Assembly: GCA_963714095.1 (NCBI GenBank)
Contig: OY970230.1
Span: 134,206 to 198,205 of the forward strand
Reading direction: 5' to 3'
Length of the DNA stretch: 64,000 nt
From: Candidatus Gottesmanbacteria bacterium
Lineage (GTDB): Bacteria > Patescibacteriota > Microgenomatia > UBA10105 > UBA927
The number at the start of each line of letters is the position of its first letter. Position 1 is the first letter of the stretch. The notes beneath the pieces are model-generated. The model searched no databases. It saw nothing but the letters and a program-made list of their open reading frames with translations, and had not been told where the DNA came from. The position numbers were made by a program, and so were the translations under genes. Below, piece after piece: positions 20,033 to 30,119 of this stretch.

Positions 20033-23000
20033 TTATTTATCCAACAAGAATATTTTAAAAGAGATATCAGTGGAAAAAATCGGCGATCGCAACACTAAAG
20101 CACCTTTTTGTACGGGCTGTTCTGAAAGAATCAACCCTGTGGTCGTGCTAATCCATTGAATTTTTCCGTTTGCAGGAATCTTTAAAGATATTGTGCAATA
20201 GCTCGGCGCTGAATCCCAAATCCGACGAAAAACATAACCCAAAATTTGCTTTCCCGAGTCCATCGCGAATGCATTGGTAGCAGATGACGTAATCGGATGG
20301 TCAATAAGAGTAGTGGATAAATTTTTCGTAAACGTATTCAGAGCGGAAACATATTGTCGTTCGGTAGGGCCAATATAAAGATCGGACGCTCCTGAAGTAG
20401 CATCAACATTAGAGTACTGCATACGAGACGCATTCCAAAAAATAAAAAATATTTTGTTAAAAAAACCAGCCCATAAATGCACTCTCATTCTCGCCGCAGA
20501 CTGGTCATCCCAGTTTGAATAGAAATTTCCCTGTTCACTGAAGACAAGGGGTTTATGAGTCTTTTTATCTAATCCGGAATTCAAGGTTACTTCATTAACG
20601 CACGTTTGATCACATTTACGGGAATACCAGTGAACAGAGGTTATGTCAACTGATGAAAGGTCGGGCCGCTCCCAACTGACGGTAACCGGATGATGATACG
20701 GGTCGATGGATTTAATGTAGTCAGACATGAAGGTTATGAGGTGACCATCCAGCTTTATTTCGTTAGCAAGTTCCCAAACATCGACATACGCGGCATATCG
20801 GGCAACAACATAATCGAGATAGTGTTTGATAACAGTTTGTTTTTGGGCATCATTTAACGACGCATCAAATGGCAATTTAAAGCTGAACAATGTCATCCAG
20901 ACATGATAGTTATGACTGCGCAATGCGGAAAACAGAGTATCTGCCCATACCCCTTCATTGAGCGCATACCTGTTTCCCGAAGACGACAAGGTATTCCATA
21001 ACGTAAAACTACAGTTTCCCGGACCCCAACGGAAAATATTGAATCCGCTTTGTGCATAGGTGGATAGGTAGGTGTTCATAGACACTGCCACTCTGGTGCC
21101 CGGCTTTATATCGATCCCCAAAAACCATTGGCTCAACGGCTCACCGTCATTTTTAAGATCCAGTATACAATCCTGAATTCCTATGGGGGTGAAAATTGTG
21201 CCGTTTTGAAGGGTAAATATACGCGGGTCCGTTCGTGAGATGGACAAAAACCCCGGCATATCTGATGGAAGTGCGGTAAATGACCCATGCTGAGACGCGG
21301 ACGCCGTCCTAATTGTCCAGGTCCACCTTCCCGCCAACGAAGGCATAAAACGAAGTTTCCAAATGTTTTTATCATAATAAAATGCACGCACATTGTAGGT
21401 TTTCCCCTGGGCGTTTGAAAATATTCCTTCTATAAGCCCATCATCATATTTATTAGCGTATTGAGATTCATCTATATGAACAGAGATTTCATAGACGTCG
21501 TTGACGCGGATGGATCTGGGTGATGCATCAATTATTATTTTTTGCGAATTGGGTTTCACCGAAGCGAACGCCGACAACTGCTGAATAAAGTAAGTTACAT
21601 ATCCGTAAATTTTCGAGATACTATGAGAAGCATCGGAGATCATACGAATTCTTTTGCTTTGTAGAAATGGGATTGAGCTCTGGGTGTCTAACATAACGAC
21701 GCTCTTTTTATCTTTCGAAACGAAATACAAATCATCGGTATACACTGCCATACTGTTAATGTTCACATTGTTAGATTGGTATACCCATTTGCGTAATCCG
21801 GAGTGTTTATCAAGATAGGAAATGGTCGTTTGATTAGGATTGTTGGATACAAGATATATACCATCGCTGGTCAAAAAAGAGATATTTCCAAACTGATGTT
21901 CTTTTACACACCATTCCTTCCCCCCGCCGATCTTGAATGCACATTGTGCATCGTCTCCTAAAACGTATACATAATCTACATCAAACAGAATGACATTAAT
22001 TTTCCCGGCATTGACCTCTTCCGACCATTTTGTTGCCCCAGTAGCTGCGTCAACCATGGTAACGCGGTTGTAATCCGCTATCGCTAAAGAGCTAACACCT
22101 ATTTCCTTCATGACCAGCAGTTGTGTGGAATTGGTCGGACGCGTCCAGAGAATCGAGCCATTTGATGAGTCTATAGAGCTAATACTATTTTTTCCCGTTG
22201 GCAAATAACTTCGGGCAGCACCCTCATAGACTTGACTGCGGGAAGCAAACCGTTTATATACCGGCATTCCAGATATTTTATCAATAATGTTGTATGACCC
22301 ATCAGAATCAAAAAAGGCAATAGTTTTTGCAAATATGGTTGGTATTTGGGATAGATATCCATGGAGCGAAAACTTCCATACGGTCTTCCCCGTATTTTTA
22401 TTCAACGCATATATTGTTTTGTCGGCTGCACTGTTAAGGTAGACGTTCAGCTCATCAACAGCGAACCGCCCGAATAGTAAATCAGGATGGTTAATTGTCG
22501 CGTCGGGCGAAAGTGACCACATGTCTACCTGTGATGTTTGAAACTGCCACTTGAGACTGCCCGTAGATGCATCCAGTGCATAGAGTATCCCGTTTCGGCT
22601 CCCGAAATACACAAAGCCTCCGGAAATCACCGGTCCTGTATCCGCCATGAACAGGCCGGGGGTAACAAATTGCCATTGTTCTTTTCCTGTTCGGGTATCA
22701 ATGGCATATACCCGTCCGTCTAAGCTCGATACAAACATTACGTTATTTTCCCCGAATGCTGCAGGATAAATCGATGCCTTTTGCCCTTCATGACGCCATT
22801 GAAACACGCCTGTTATTCTATTTAAGCTATACGTAAATCCGCTCTGAACATTTATATATAGAGATGAATTATTTATCGAGAGCGAATTGTCCTCACGTGG
22901 GGATGCCGTCAATAAAGGAATTTCTTCAGAAAATGCATATTGCCACCCGTTCGTATACATCCACACGCCTACCCTGTCGAGAATCAGGGGTAAAAGAATG

Positions 23001-23083
23001 ATGCACAGTCCAATGAGAAAGTAATCTCGAAGATGCAGCCATCCGCGTTTAAATGTCAGACACTTCTGGTCTTCATGCTTCAT
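20033..23083 (-). CDS. Membrane-anchored PQQ-like beta-propeller fused to an Ig-like domain and a putative glycoside hydrolase TIM barrel
   Basis: Repeated YAlD..TG...W propeller motifs; FY..W..RF.P..GRWTW; WELANE acid/base motif; FSEQG putative nucleophile. Start placed at ATG 23083 (TACAAT 6 nt upstream). Confidence 0.7.
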   Translation of the reverse strand: MKHEDQKCLTFKRGWLHLRDYFLIGLCIILLPLILDRVGVWMYTNGWQYAFSEEIPLLTASPREDNSLSINNSSLYINVQSGFTYSLNRITGVFQWRHEGQKASIYPAAFGENNVMFVSSLDGRVYAIDTRTGKEQWQFVTPGLFMADTGPVISGGFVYFGSRNGILYALDASTGSLKWQFQTSQVDMWSLSPDATINHPDLLFGRFAVDELNVYLNSAADKTIYALNKNTGKTVWKFSLHGYLSQIPTIFAKTIAFFDSDGSYNIIDKISGMPVYKRFASRSQVYEGAARSYLPTGKNSISSIDSSNGSILWTRPTNSTQLLVMKEIGVSSLAIADYNRVTMVDAATGATKWSEEVNAGKINVILFDVDYVYVLGDDAQCAFKIGGGKEWCVKEHQFGNISFLTSDGIYLVSNNPNQTTISYLDKHSGLRKWVYQSNNVNINSMAVYTDDLYFVSKDKKSVVMLDTQSSIPFLQSKRIRMISDASHSISKIYGYVTYFIQQLSAFASVKPNSQKIIIDASPRSIRVNDVYEISVHIDESQYANKYDDGLIEGIFSNAQGKTYNVRAFYYDKNIWKLRFMPSLAGRWTWTIRTASASQHGSFTALPSDMPGFLSISRTDPRIFTLQNGTIFTPIGIQDCILDLKNDGEPLSQWFLGIDIKPGTRVAVSMNTYLSTYAQSGFNIFRWGPGNCSFTLWNTLSSSGNRYALNEGVWADTLFSALRSHNYHVWMTLFSFKLPFDASLNDAQKQTVIKHYLDYVVARYAAYVDVWELANEIKLDGHLITFMSDYIKSIDPYHHPVTVSWERPDLSSVDITSVHWYSRKCDQTCVNEVTLNSGLDKKTHKPLVFSEQGNFYSNWDDQSAARMRVHLWAGFFNKIFFIFWNASRMQYSNVDATSGASDLYIGPTERQYVSALNTFTKNLSTTLIDHPITSSATNAFAMDSGKQILGYVFRRIWDSAPSYCTISLKIPANGKIQWISTTTGLILSEQPVQKGALVLRSPIFSTDISFKIFLLDK

Positions 23084-23166
23084 GAGTAAATTGTACCTAA
23101 TGGAACCATGAGGAACAAGTCTATGCAAAGAATGCACAAAATGTCGGCGTTTATAAGACGCGTTTA

Positions 23167-23189
23167 ACCAAAATGGCATCGTGCATATC
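23167..23189 (+). repeat. 23-bp direct repeat, copy 1
   Basis: accaaaatggcatcgtgcatatc, 22/23 identical to 26353-26375. Confidence 0.8.
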
Positions 23190-23245
23190 CAGATCCTTAG
23201 GAAGGAAGTATCAAAAATTAGTACAAAACATGATATATTAATTAA

Positions 23246-24757
23246 ATGAAAAAAATTATTATTTTAATTGTTAGTTTGACTGTTTGTTTATTACTATTGC
23301 TATCTCTCAGATATTATTCCTCATTTAAATCAGTAAATGCAAAGGTGTGTAACAAATGCAATGTAATTTTTATGTATATTGATACGCTGCGCGCGGATGA
23401 ATTGCCTTGCTGGGGATATACATATGATACGATGCCAAACGTATGCCATTTTGCCGAAAACGCAGCAAGTTTTAAAAACGCGTATTCTCAAAGCTCCTGG
23501 ACGTTGCCTGTTAATATGTCCATCATTACGTCACTGTATCCCTCCCAGCATAATATGTTAAGGGCTTATATCGATAGCCTGGATCCGTCGATTGTCACCA
23601 TGCCTCAAACATTCCAGGCAAACGGGTATTATACTGTTTTTGTCGGACAGTTAGACAATCCGCATTTACCAATTGATAAAGGATTAGGTAGGGGTTTTGA
23701 TGAAAAGATTAAGTATGAAACAATTGACGACTGGCATAAGGGATTATCAATTTTAGAAAAAAATAACGCCAAAGGAATCCCTAGTTTCTTATATATGCAT
23801 ACGTACTATGTCCATGATAGTTGGAAAGCAGCCGAAACTGATTCACTTGATTTCCATTTTGCGGGGGAAATGTCCAACCCCTATCACTATGATCCGCAAA
23901 GATTTAATAAAACCATCTGGGATACCGCAACGGCTTATTTGGAATATAATCCTGCTGATGTTCAAGGCGGAACTGAGTATGGGAAATTGGGCAAAGATCT
24001 TGAATCCGCAAAAAATGTAAACGCAGCCAAAATAATTTTCGATCAGCTGCCCGACAATACGAAGTCCATTATTAGGGATCTTTCAATAACGAAAGAATTG
24101 GACCCAACGAATCTAAAACTGATGCAATATCTCAGAAATTACTACGACGATTCCTTGTTTACGTTAGACCGACAAATAGGCATATGGTTAGAAGAATTAA
24201 AACAAAAAGGATTGCTTCAAAATACCATTGTGGTCATAGCAGGCGGAAACGGAGAAGCGTTTGGGGAACATGATGTGCTTGGTCATGCAAAGAATCTCTA
24301 CGATACCGTAACGCATGTTCCTCTTATCTATTATTTCCCCAACATTCAGCCGCAAACAAGATATGAGTTAACTCAAAGTATCGATATCTACCCTACGTTA
24401 TGCGGCTTAACAGGAATTAAATGCCCCGTTAACATTTCTGGTTCAAACTTTGCAAAAAGTCTTATGGGCAATTACTATGACAATCAAAATACGGGGCTGG
24501 TGAGCGAATTTGGTGATCAGAGTGAGCTAAAATCAATTCGAAATTTACGATGGAAATTTTATATTAACGAACAAACGAAAGATAAAGAATTGTATGATGT
24601 ATTACTTGATAAGGGAGAACGGACAAATCTAATCCAAAAATACCCGCAAATTGCCGATCATATGGAGCAGATGCTGTATTATACTCTCAGCACTAAAAGC
24701 AATCTCCCTATATTCGCGCTGCCTCCAATTCCGGTCCAAATACCAACATTGAAATAG
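23246..24757 (+). CDS. Exported sulfatase/alkaline-phosphatase superfamily protein
   Basis: IDTLRAD, SWTLP, GEAFGEH..GH, HVPLI; N-terminal TM. Confidence 0.85.
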   Translation: MKKIIILIVSLTVCLLLLLSLRYYSSFKSVNAKVCNKCNVIFMYIDTLRADELPCWGYTYDTMPNVCHFAENAASFKNAYSQSSWTLPVNMSIITSLYPSQHNMLRAYIDSLDPSIVTMPQTFQANGYYTVFVGQLDNPHLPIDKGLGRGFDEKIKYETIDDWHKGLSILEKNNAKGIPSFLYMHTYYVHDSWKAAETDSLDFHFAGEMSNPYHYDPQRFNKTIWDTATAYLEYNPADVQGGTEYGKLGKDLESAKNVNAAKIIFDQLPDNTKSIIRDLSITKELDPTNLKLMQYLRNYYDDSLFTLDRQIGIWLEELKQKGLLQNTIVVIAGGNGEAFGEHDVLGHAKNLYDTVTHVPLIYYFPNIQPQTRYELTQSIDIYPTLCGLTGIKCPVNISGSNFAKSLMGNYYDNQNTGLVSEFGDQSELKSIRNLRWKFYINEQTKDKELYDVLLDKGERTNLIQKYPQIADHMEQMLYYTLSTKSNLPIFALPPIPVQIPTLK

Positions 24758-24825
24758 ATAACAATATACATAGGTACGTCGGCGAGTGTTCATGATATAA
24801 TTTCATCATACTATAGTAAAGTACA

Positions 24826-25470
24826 ATGAATATTCAGAGACATATAAAACTATATTTTTTTATCCTAATCTTGGTGTGCCTACTCGCAGTTGTAGGAATT
24901 ATTGTATGGAAAACCCGATTCACCTGTTCAACATATGAATGTCTGGTATTCCCCGAAAAAAATCTTTGGAAGATTCAGACTGTGTATGAAAAAGACAGTA
25001 ACGTTTTTAGGGGGCTTTTGGAGCGTCCTGATTATTTCGTCCGGCTGGAACGGGTCTCGCTTTTGCAACAGCAACAAAGCGCTGACAACCTCACGAAGAT
25101 CCGTCTCATGCAAATTCAGGGATTATTTGATACTGCACAGTCACCATATCCGGGTGTTATTACCGACAGAATTGTGTGTGCCGATACATACAAACCTAAT
25201 CCCGACATCCTAACCACGGCGTCGGGCGTAGGCATCACGTATTTTTCCGCTTTTCTCAATAGTCGGCTCCAATACGGTATATGTACTGATGACCAAATTG
25301 TCTATAAGGTATATACAGCATTATTTTCCTGTCAACAAACGGACGATTGGTATTCGGTTGAACTTATTGTTCCGAAGGGGAAAGCTTCTAGCGATTCCGC
25401 GTATATTGGGCTCTTTCGGCAGATTGGTTGTCAACGACCATCTGTAAACCTAGTCAAATTTTTGCCTTGA
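24826..25470 (+). CDS. Hypothetical exported protein, Cys-containing
   Basis: N-terminal TM, six Cys, no recognised motif. Confidence 0.6.
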   Translation: MNIQRHIKLYFFILILVCLLAVVGIIVWKTRFTCSTYECLVFPEKNLWKIQTVYEKDSNVFRGLLERPDYFVRLERVSLLQQQQSADNLTKIRLMQIQGLFDTAQSPYPGVITDRIVCADTYKPNPDILTTASGVGITYFSAFLNSRLQYGICTDDQIVYKVYTALFSCQQTDDWYSVELIVPKGKASSDSAYIGLFRQIGCQRPSVNLVKFLP

Positions 25471-25523
25471 ACAAAACCCGGGATCGTAAATTGAAGTATA
25501 TAGTAATATGAGAACATATTATC

Positions 25524-26270
25524 ATGGATAAATCATTTGAAGGGCTTGTAGTAACCAGTCGATCATTAGAATCTTATACATCTAATCTTAATATCGATAA
25601 AAAAGTATTATTCGGCTCTACCGTCCTGAATGTAGGATCAGGCGGTTCAAATATTGGTAAGGAATTCCCAGGTGACACTGGTAAAAAAGTAGTCAATGTG
25701 GATTTACTTCATGATCCATATTTTAGTATCCTTCCTCTTTCACACTTACCCAGATCATTATTTGCCAAACTGGTTGAACGTGCTGATCCAAATAACGTAC
25801 ATCTTAAACGTCAAATGGCCGGAACAGAGGGAAGGACTATGGTTCAAGCGGATGCTTTTAAATTGCCTTTCAAGGATGATCAATTTGATTATGTATTGGC
25901 AAACTGGTTTACCCAACAGATTCCAGTAGAAAAAAGGAATGACGTTATCAGAGAATTAGTCAGGGTTGGTAAACATATCCATATAGCACCAGTTTTTGAA
26001 GTTGATATCCCAAATCTATTAGATATGCATAAAAATGGAGGAGTGACAATCGTGTCATGTACTGCTCAACCAACCATGATGGATCCCCCACCATTTACGA
26101 TCGAAGATGCAAGTGATTACGCACGATATGTCAATGAACATCCAAAGTTATCCGAACGTGCTGTCATGCCACAAAGAACTGATGTATCTTTCAAAAAGAA
26201 GTTTGGCAGAATTGTTACAAACGCAACAGGTGGTAATAGTCTGATTTTGTGCAAGGATAAATATCTATAA
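25524..26270 (+). CDS. Class I SAM-dependent methyltransferase
   Basis: VLNVGSGG, ADAFKLPFKDDQFDYV. Confidence 0.75.
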   Translation: MDKSFEGLVVTSRSLESYTSNLNIDKKVLFGSTVLNVGSGGSNIGKEFPGDTGKKVVNVDLLHDPYFSILPLSHLPRSLFAKLVERADPNNVHLKRQMAGTEGRTMVQADAFKLPFKDDQFDYVLANWFTQQIPVEKRNDVIRELVRVGKHIHIAPVFEVDIPNLLDMHKNGGVTIVSCTAQPTMMDPPPFTIEDASDYARYVNEHPKLSERAVMPQRTDVSFKKKFGRIVTNATGGNSLILCKDKYL

Positions 26271-26280
26271 GTCACAAATC

Positions 26281-26310
26281 TTAACTTCTCTGTCTCAAAA
26301 ATGCGGGGAT
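26281..26310 (+). repeat. Near-perfect direct copy of the ftsZ 3' end (displaced att site)
   Basis: ttaacttctctgtctcaaaaatgcggggat matches 41382-41411 at 27/30. Minus strand reads I-P-A-F-L-R-Q-R-S-stop; all 3 changes are synonymous. Confidence 0.92.
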
Positions 26311-26352
26311 TTATAGGACAGTCGCTTATTTCGCTTCGATCTCCCTCACTAC

Positions 26353-26375
26353 ACCAAAATGGCACCGTGCATATC
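26353..26375 (+). repeat. 23-bp direct repeat, copy 2
   Basis: accaaaatggcaccgtgcatatc, 42 nt inside the island end. Confidence 0.8.
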
Positions 26376-26538
26376 AAAGTCTCCAATGAAAATGTAACAG
26401 GGAAGTGAAATAAAATCAACACGAACAATTTCTTGAAGCTAGTTTATGGATTTAGACTAATTTATCTGACATCATTTCACAAACTTCTTGCTACGACGCT
26501 CTGTTTTTAGTATTTTGTAGTATAATACCTATATTCCT

Positions 26539-27318
26539 ATGAAAGACATTCAAAACGAGAAAGACAAGCGGAATATAGCTCTTCAACTTGTGGGAATTAA
26601 AGACCTTATTCTTCCCGTTGTTATTGAAAATAAAAACGGAGAACCCGTCCAAATTTCTGCGACATTTAGCTGCTATACAGATTTGCCTTCCCATCAACGC
26701 GGCACACACATGAGCCGTCCCGCGCAACTATTACATACGCTTGAGGATAAACCGTTAACGCTATCCCAGCGGAAAGACATTGCAACACGCATTAAAGAAT
26801 CGCTTCATGCAAAACTCGCACTGCTAAATTTTACCTTCACCTATCATATTAAAAAAGAATCGCCGGTATCAAAAATGAAGAGTTATATGTCATATCCTTG
26901 CGAAATGCAGACAGTTTCAAACGGAATAAAATCAGCAAACCGCACAACCGTTCACGTACCGGTACTCCTACTCTGTCCGTGCAGTAAAGCCATAAGCGAA
27001 CAGAATGCCCATAATCAACGGGCAGTTATTACCATCCAAGTTGAATCAACAAATTCAGTGTTTCTCGAGGATCTTATTACCATCGCGGAAAACGCAGCAA
27101 GCAGCCCGCTCTATACAATTTTAAAACGTCCGGATGAAAAGTATGTAACAGAACGTTCATACGCGAATCCAAAATTTGTTGAAGATGCCGTAAGGGATGT
27201 CGCTTTAAAATTGAAAAAAATCAAAGCTATAACTGCCTTTAGTGTCGAATGTGAAAGCCAGGAATCAATTCATGGTCACAACGCATATGCACGGTTCTCA
27301 CAAGGAGGGCTTCAATGA
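26539..27318 (+). CDS. folE2: GTP cyclohydrolase I type IB
   Basis: RGTHMSR, CPCSK, AHNQR, LKRPDEKYVTE, NPKFVED, ESIHGHNA. Confidence 0.93.
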   Translation: MKDIQNEKDKRNIALQLVGIKDLILPVVIENKNGEPVQISATFSCYTDLPSHQRGTHMSRPAQLLHTLEDKPLTLSQRKDIATRIKESLHAKLALLNFTFTYHIKKESPVSKMKSYMSYPCEMQTVSNGIKSANRTTVHVPVLLLCPCSKAISEQNAHNQRAVITIQVESTNSVFLEDLITIAENAASSPLYTILKRPDEKYVTERSYANPKFVEDAVRDVALKLKKIKAITAFSVECESQESIHGHNAYARFSQGGLQ

Positions 27319-27692
27319 AATCTGCGATCGTGTATATCAATAAAGAGTTTACCTTTGAAGCGGCACATAAACTGAATAACTATAACGGAAAATGCGCGAA
27401 TCTTCACGGGCATACGTATAAACTGCGCGTTACAACAAAGGGACCGGTTCACAAAAACGGCTTAGCTATTGATTTCGTTGATCTTAAAAAGATTGTGGAA
27501 GACAAAATTCTTATCCGGGTAGATCATACCTATTTAAATGACCTGATAAGCCAGCCTACGGCAGAAAATATTATCGTTTGGATGTGGCAAACACTGGACA
27601 AATACTTACCGCTCTATGAATTGTCTCTCTGGGAGACGCCAACCAGCTGGGTGACGTATCAGGGAAAGCATAAAATCTATGCCAACAAATGA
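27315..27692 (+). CDS. queD: 6-carboxy-5,6,7,8-tetrahydropterin synthase
   Basis: FEAAH, CANLHGHTY, DHTYLN, PTAEN, WET. Confidence 0.93.
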   Translation: MKSAIVYINKEFTFEAAHKLNNYNGKCANLHGHTYKLRVTTKGPVHKNGLAIDFVDLKKIVEDKILIRVDHTYLNDLISQPTAENIIVWMWQTLDKYLPLYELSLWETPTSWVTYQGKHKIYANK

Positions 27693-28428
27693 ATGCTACC
27701 AACCTACACCAGGCGAAATCCAAGCGGCTCAGTTGAAACCGAACCTACTTAAAGTTTCAGGCGATTCCACTTTTTTTACTATTCAGGGAGAAGGAGACAG
27801 CATAGGAAAACCGGCAGTATTTTTACGTCTGCATCTGTGTAATCTCACCTGCACTTGGTGCGATACACCCTACACATGGAAGCGCACCACTCCGGAATTC
27901 TGGCAGGAAAGCCAGGATTGGGATATAGATCGGGCAGTATCGGAAATCAGCATCTTCAATCAACATCGACTGGTTCTTACGGGCGGAGAACCCATGATGC
28001 AACAAAAAATGATCTCGCAATTACTGAAGCGTGTTCCTGATTGGGATATAGAAATTGAAACAAACGGAACAATCTCTCCTATTCAGGATCTTGCAGAGCG
28101 GTGCCAATTCAATGTGTCACCAAAACTCGCCAATTCAGGCAATAAAGAACGATCACGATTAAAACCAGATGTTTTACGTGCATATAACGCCTTACCCAAA
28201 ACAACATTTAAGTTTGTGGCACAATCCGTTGATGATGTTCGGGAAATTGACGCAATTGTTGCAGAATGTGCTATTGACCCTCATAAAATTATTATTATGC
28301 CAGAGGGAAAAAATGAGGCATCAATCCGTGAACATGCACTCGCCGTAGTGGAAGAAGTAAAGAATCGCGGCTGGCGCCTGGTTCCGAGACTTCAGGTTAC
28401 CTTATGGGGTAATCAGCGAGGTATCTGA
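27679..28428 (+). CDS. queE: 7-carboxy-7-deazaguanine synthase (radical SAM)
   Basis: FFTIQGEG, CNLTCTWCDT, TGGEP, ETNG, SPKL. Confidence 0.93.
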   Translation: MPTNECYQPTPGEIQAAQLKPNLLKVSGDSTFFTIQGEGDSIGKPAVFLRLHLCNLTCTWCDTPYTWKRTTPEFWQESQDWDIDRAVSEISIFNQHRLVLTGGEPMMQQKMISQLLKRVPDWDIEIETNGTISPIQDLAERCQFNVSPKLANSGNKERSRLKPDVLRAYNALPKTTFKFVAQSVDDVREIDAIVAECAIDPHKIIIMPEGKNEASIREHALAVVEEVKNRGWRLVPRLQVTLWGNQRGI

Positions 28429-29154
28429 GATATTGAACAACCAGGGCTCTTTGACGAATTCTTCCGAATACCCTTTAGACGACATCATCTGCTGAGCCTT
28501 TTGTTCAATTTTTATCAATAAAGAGAATGTTTGTTGAAAATTTCTCGAGTCGAATGATTCTAGCTCACGTATGAACGAGCTTTCTATTAATTTCTCTCTT
28601 CTTATAAAATACCATCTCCACTTAAATGTGGGCACGGGCTTATCATAATAGATAAAACAGAATTTTGATAACGCATCGAGTGTTTTAAACATAAACATCC
28701 ATGATGTAATCAGATCACGCCGTTTCATTGTTTTTTCAAAATTGTAGGATTGAAACAATTCTTTGTATAGTCTGATGAGTATCCTTTGATATATTTTTTT
28801 ATGATATTTATTTAACTCCAAAAACTTCTTCTTCAATATTTTTTGAGGGTCATACAATATATGAGCCTTCTCCCTAATCCAAAATTCATCCGTGTCGGGA
28901 TCTGTTTTTTGTAATAGCTGACAAGAGGAAACTGTGTCTACTTCTATCTTTACCTCTTCGCTTTTGAACTGACTCATCTTAAATTCACTGTCTTCTTTAT
29001 CACAAACGAGTTTAATATCAATATCAGCAAGAGCGTCAGATATTCCGTATGCGGTTGATCCAATCCAGATGATACCCTGAAGACCGGGGACATTTAAATA
29101 CTTTTTGCTTACGTTTAAAGCAATTTTTTTAAAATCAGTAACATTTTTCATCAT
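28402..29154 (-). CDS. Pol-beta superfamily nucleotidyltransferase with helical C-terminal domain
   Basis: IGSTAYG...DIDI motif, third Asp in IEVD, P..KW near C-terminus. Confidence 0.7.
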   Translation of the reverse strand: MMKNVTDFKKIALNVSKKYLNVPGLQGIIWIGSTAYGISDALADIDIKLVCDKEDSEFKMSQFKSEEVKIEVDTVSSCQLLQKTDPDTDEFWIREKAHILYDPQKILKKKFLELNKYHKKIYQRILIRLYKELFQSYNFEKTMKRRDLITSWMFMFKTLDALSKFCFIYYDKPVPTFKWRWYFIRREKLIESSFIRELESFDSRNFQQTFSLLIKIEQKAQQMMSSKGYSEEFVKEPWLFNISDTSLITP

Positions 29155-30119
29155 ACGGGTATTCCGGTAACTCTTAGTATATCGCGCTTTATATCACCAT
29201 GAAATCCGGGCTTATTCCATTGCCAAATCCAATAATTAAGACTTTCGAACGGTTTATAATAATTAACCTGGATTGTAATATCGTCTTTATTCATTTTTCC
29301 TACTGAAGCATATCCTTCGTGAAAAGCATCGCTTAAATCCATATTTTCCCGCGAATTTTCAAAAGCAGCACTCACTCTGGTTAAATCCCAACCGGGAATC
29401 CAATATTTCGCGAGTTCGAAATCTACAATACCGGCAATTCTCTGAGTATCAGGATTGATGATTATATTCTGTGGAGCAAAATCACCGTGACATAAGGTTG
29501 GTCTAACGCGGCAATGAGTAAGAATCGGACTTGTTAACCTATCAGTAAAATAATTAACGTGGGCTTGATGTAAAACACCTAAACTAAGTCCAAATTCAAG
29601 GTGTCTGAGTGTGTCTTGAGTAAAACAATCCTTCCAATCTGGAAATTTATCACCGGCATCGCCAACATCACCAAAATAGGGAGCGGTAATTCCGTGTATT
29701 CGGGATAAATATGTTCCTACTTCATGCGCGATTGCCCGTAAACTATCTCTGGAAAAATTGGATCCATTCATTAACGTATCAAAAGGTACTCCCCTAACTT
29801 CCTCCAAAAGTATTGCTGCATATCCCGACTTATCTTTTCCCAGATAAGTTGATTGAGAGGTATGTATACCCAAAGTCTCCCGAATCAATCGGGAAACAAT
29901 CAACTCTCTTTGAACTTTCAGCTCAGGTAATTCTCCCATTTCATCCGGCGTATTCGGAAAAATTTTTAAATAATATGATTTCAAATACGGAGACGCGTCG
30001 TGAGAAAAATATAAAAGGGTGTTTTGACTCGGTCTATCAACGGATTTAAACGAATACCCTTGATATGCTTCACCAACTTGCACTACGTGTTGAAAATATT
30101 CAGCATTCATTGCTACCAT
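29151..30119 (-). CDS. Aminoglycoside phosphotransferase (APH)/choline kinase family protein
   Basis: YYLK, HGDFAPQNI, IVDFE. Confidence 0.85.
   Translation of the reverse strand: MVAMNAEYFQHVVQVGEAYQGYSFKSVDRPSQNTLLYFSHDASPYLKSYYLKIFPNTPDEMGELPELKVQRELIVSRLIRETLGIHTSQSTYLGKDKSGYAAILLEEVRGVPFDTLMNGSNFSRDSLRAIAHEVGTYLSRIHGITAPYFGDVGDAGDKFPDWKDCFTQDTLRHLEFGLSLGVLHQAHVNYFTDRLTSPILTHCRVRPTLCHGDFAPQNIIINPDTQRIAGIVDFELAKYWIPGWDLTRVSAAFENSRENMDLSDAFHEGYASVGKMNKDDITIQVNYYKPFESLNYWIWQWNKPGFHGDIKRDILRVTGIPV

Noticed and set aside
26301-26408. 35-aa ORF as a RiPP precursor for the SPASM enzyme
   Set aside because: Starts inside the ftsZ-tail repeat, has no RBS or promoter, and has no precursor-like composition.
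26271-26538. preQ1 riboswitch upstream of folE2-queD-queE
   Set aside because: No preQ1-I stem/A-rich tail pattern seen, and TATAAT at 26521 lies only 12 nt from the ATG, leaving no room.
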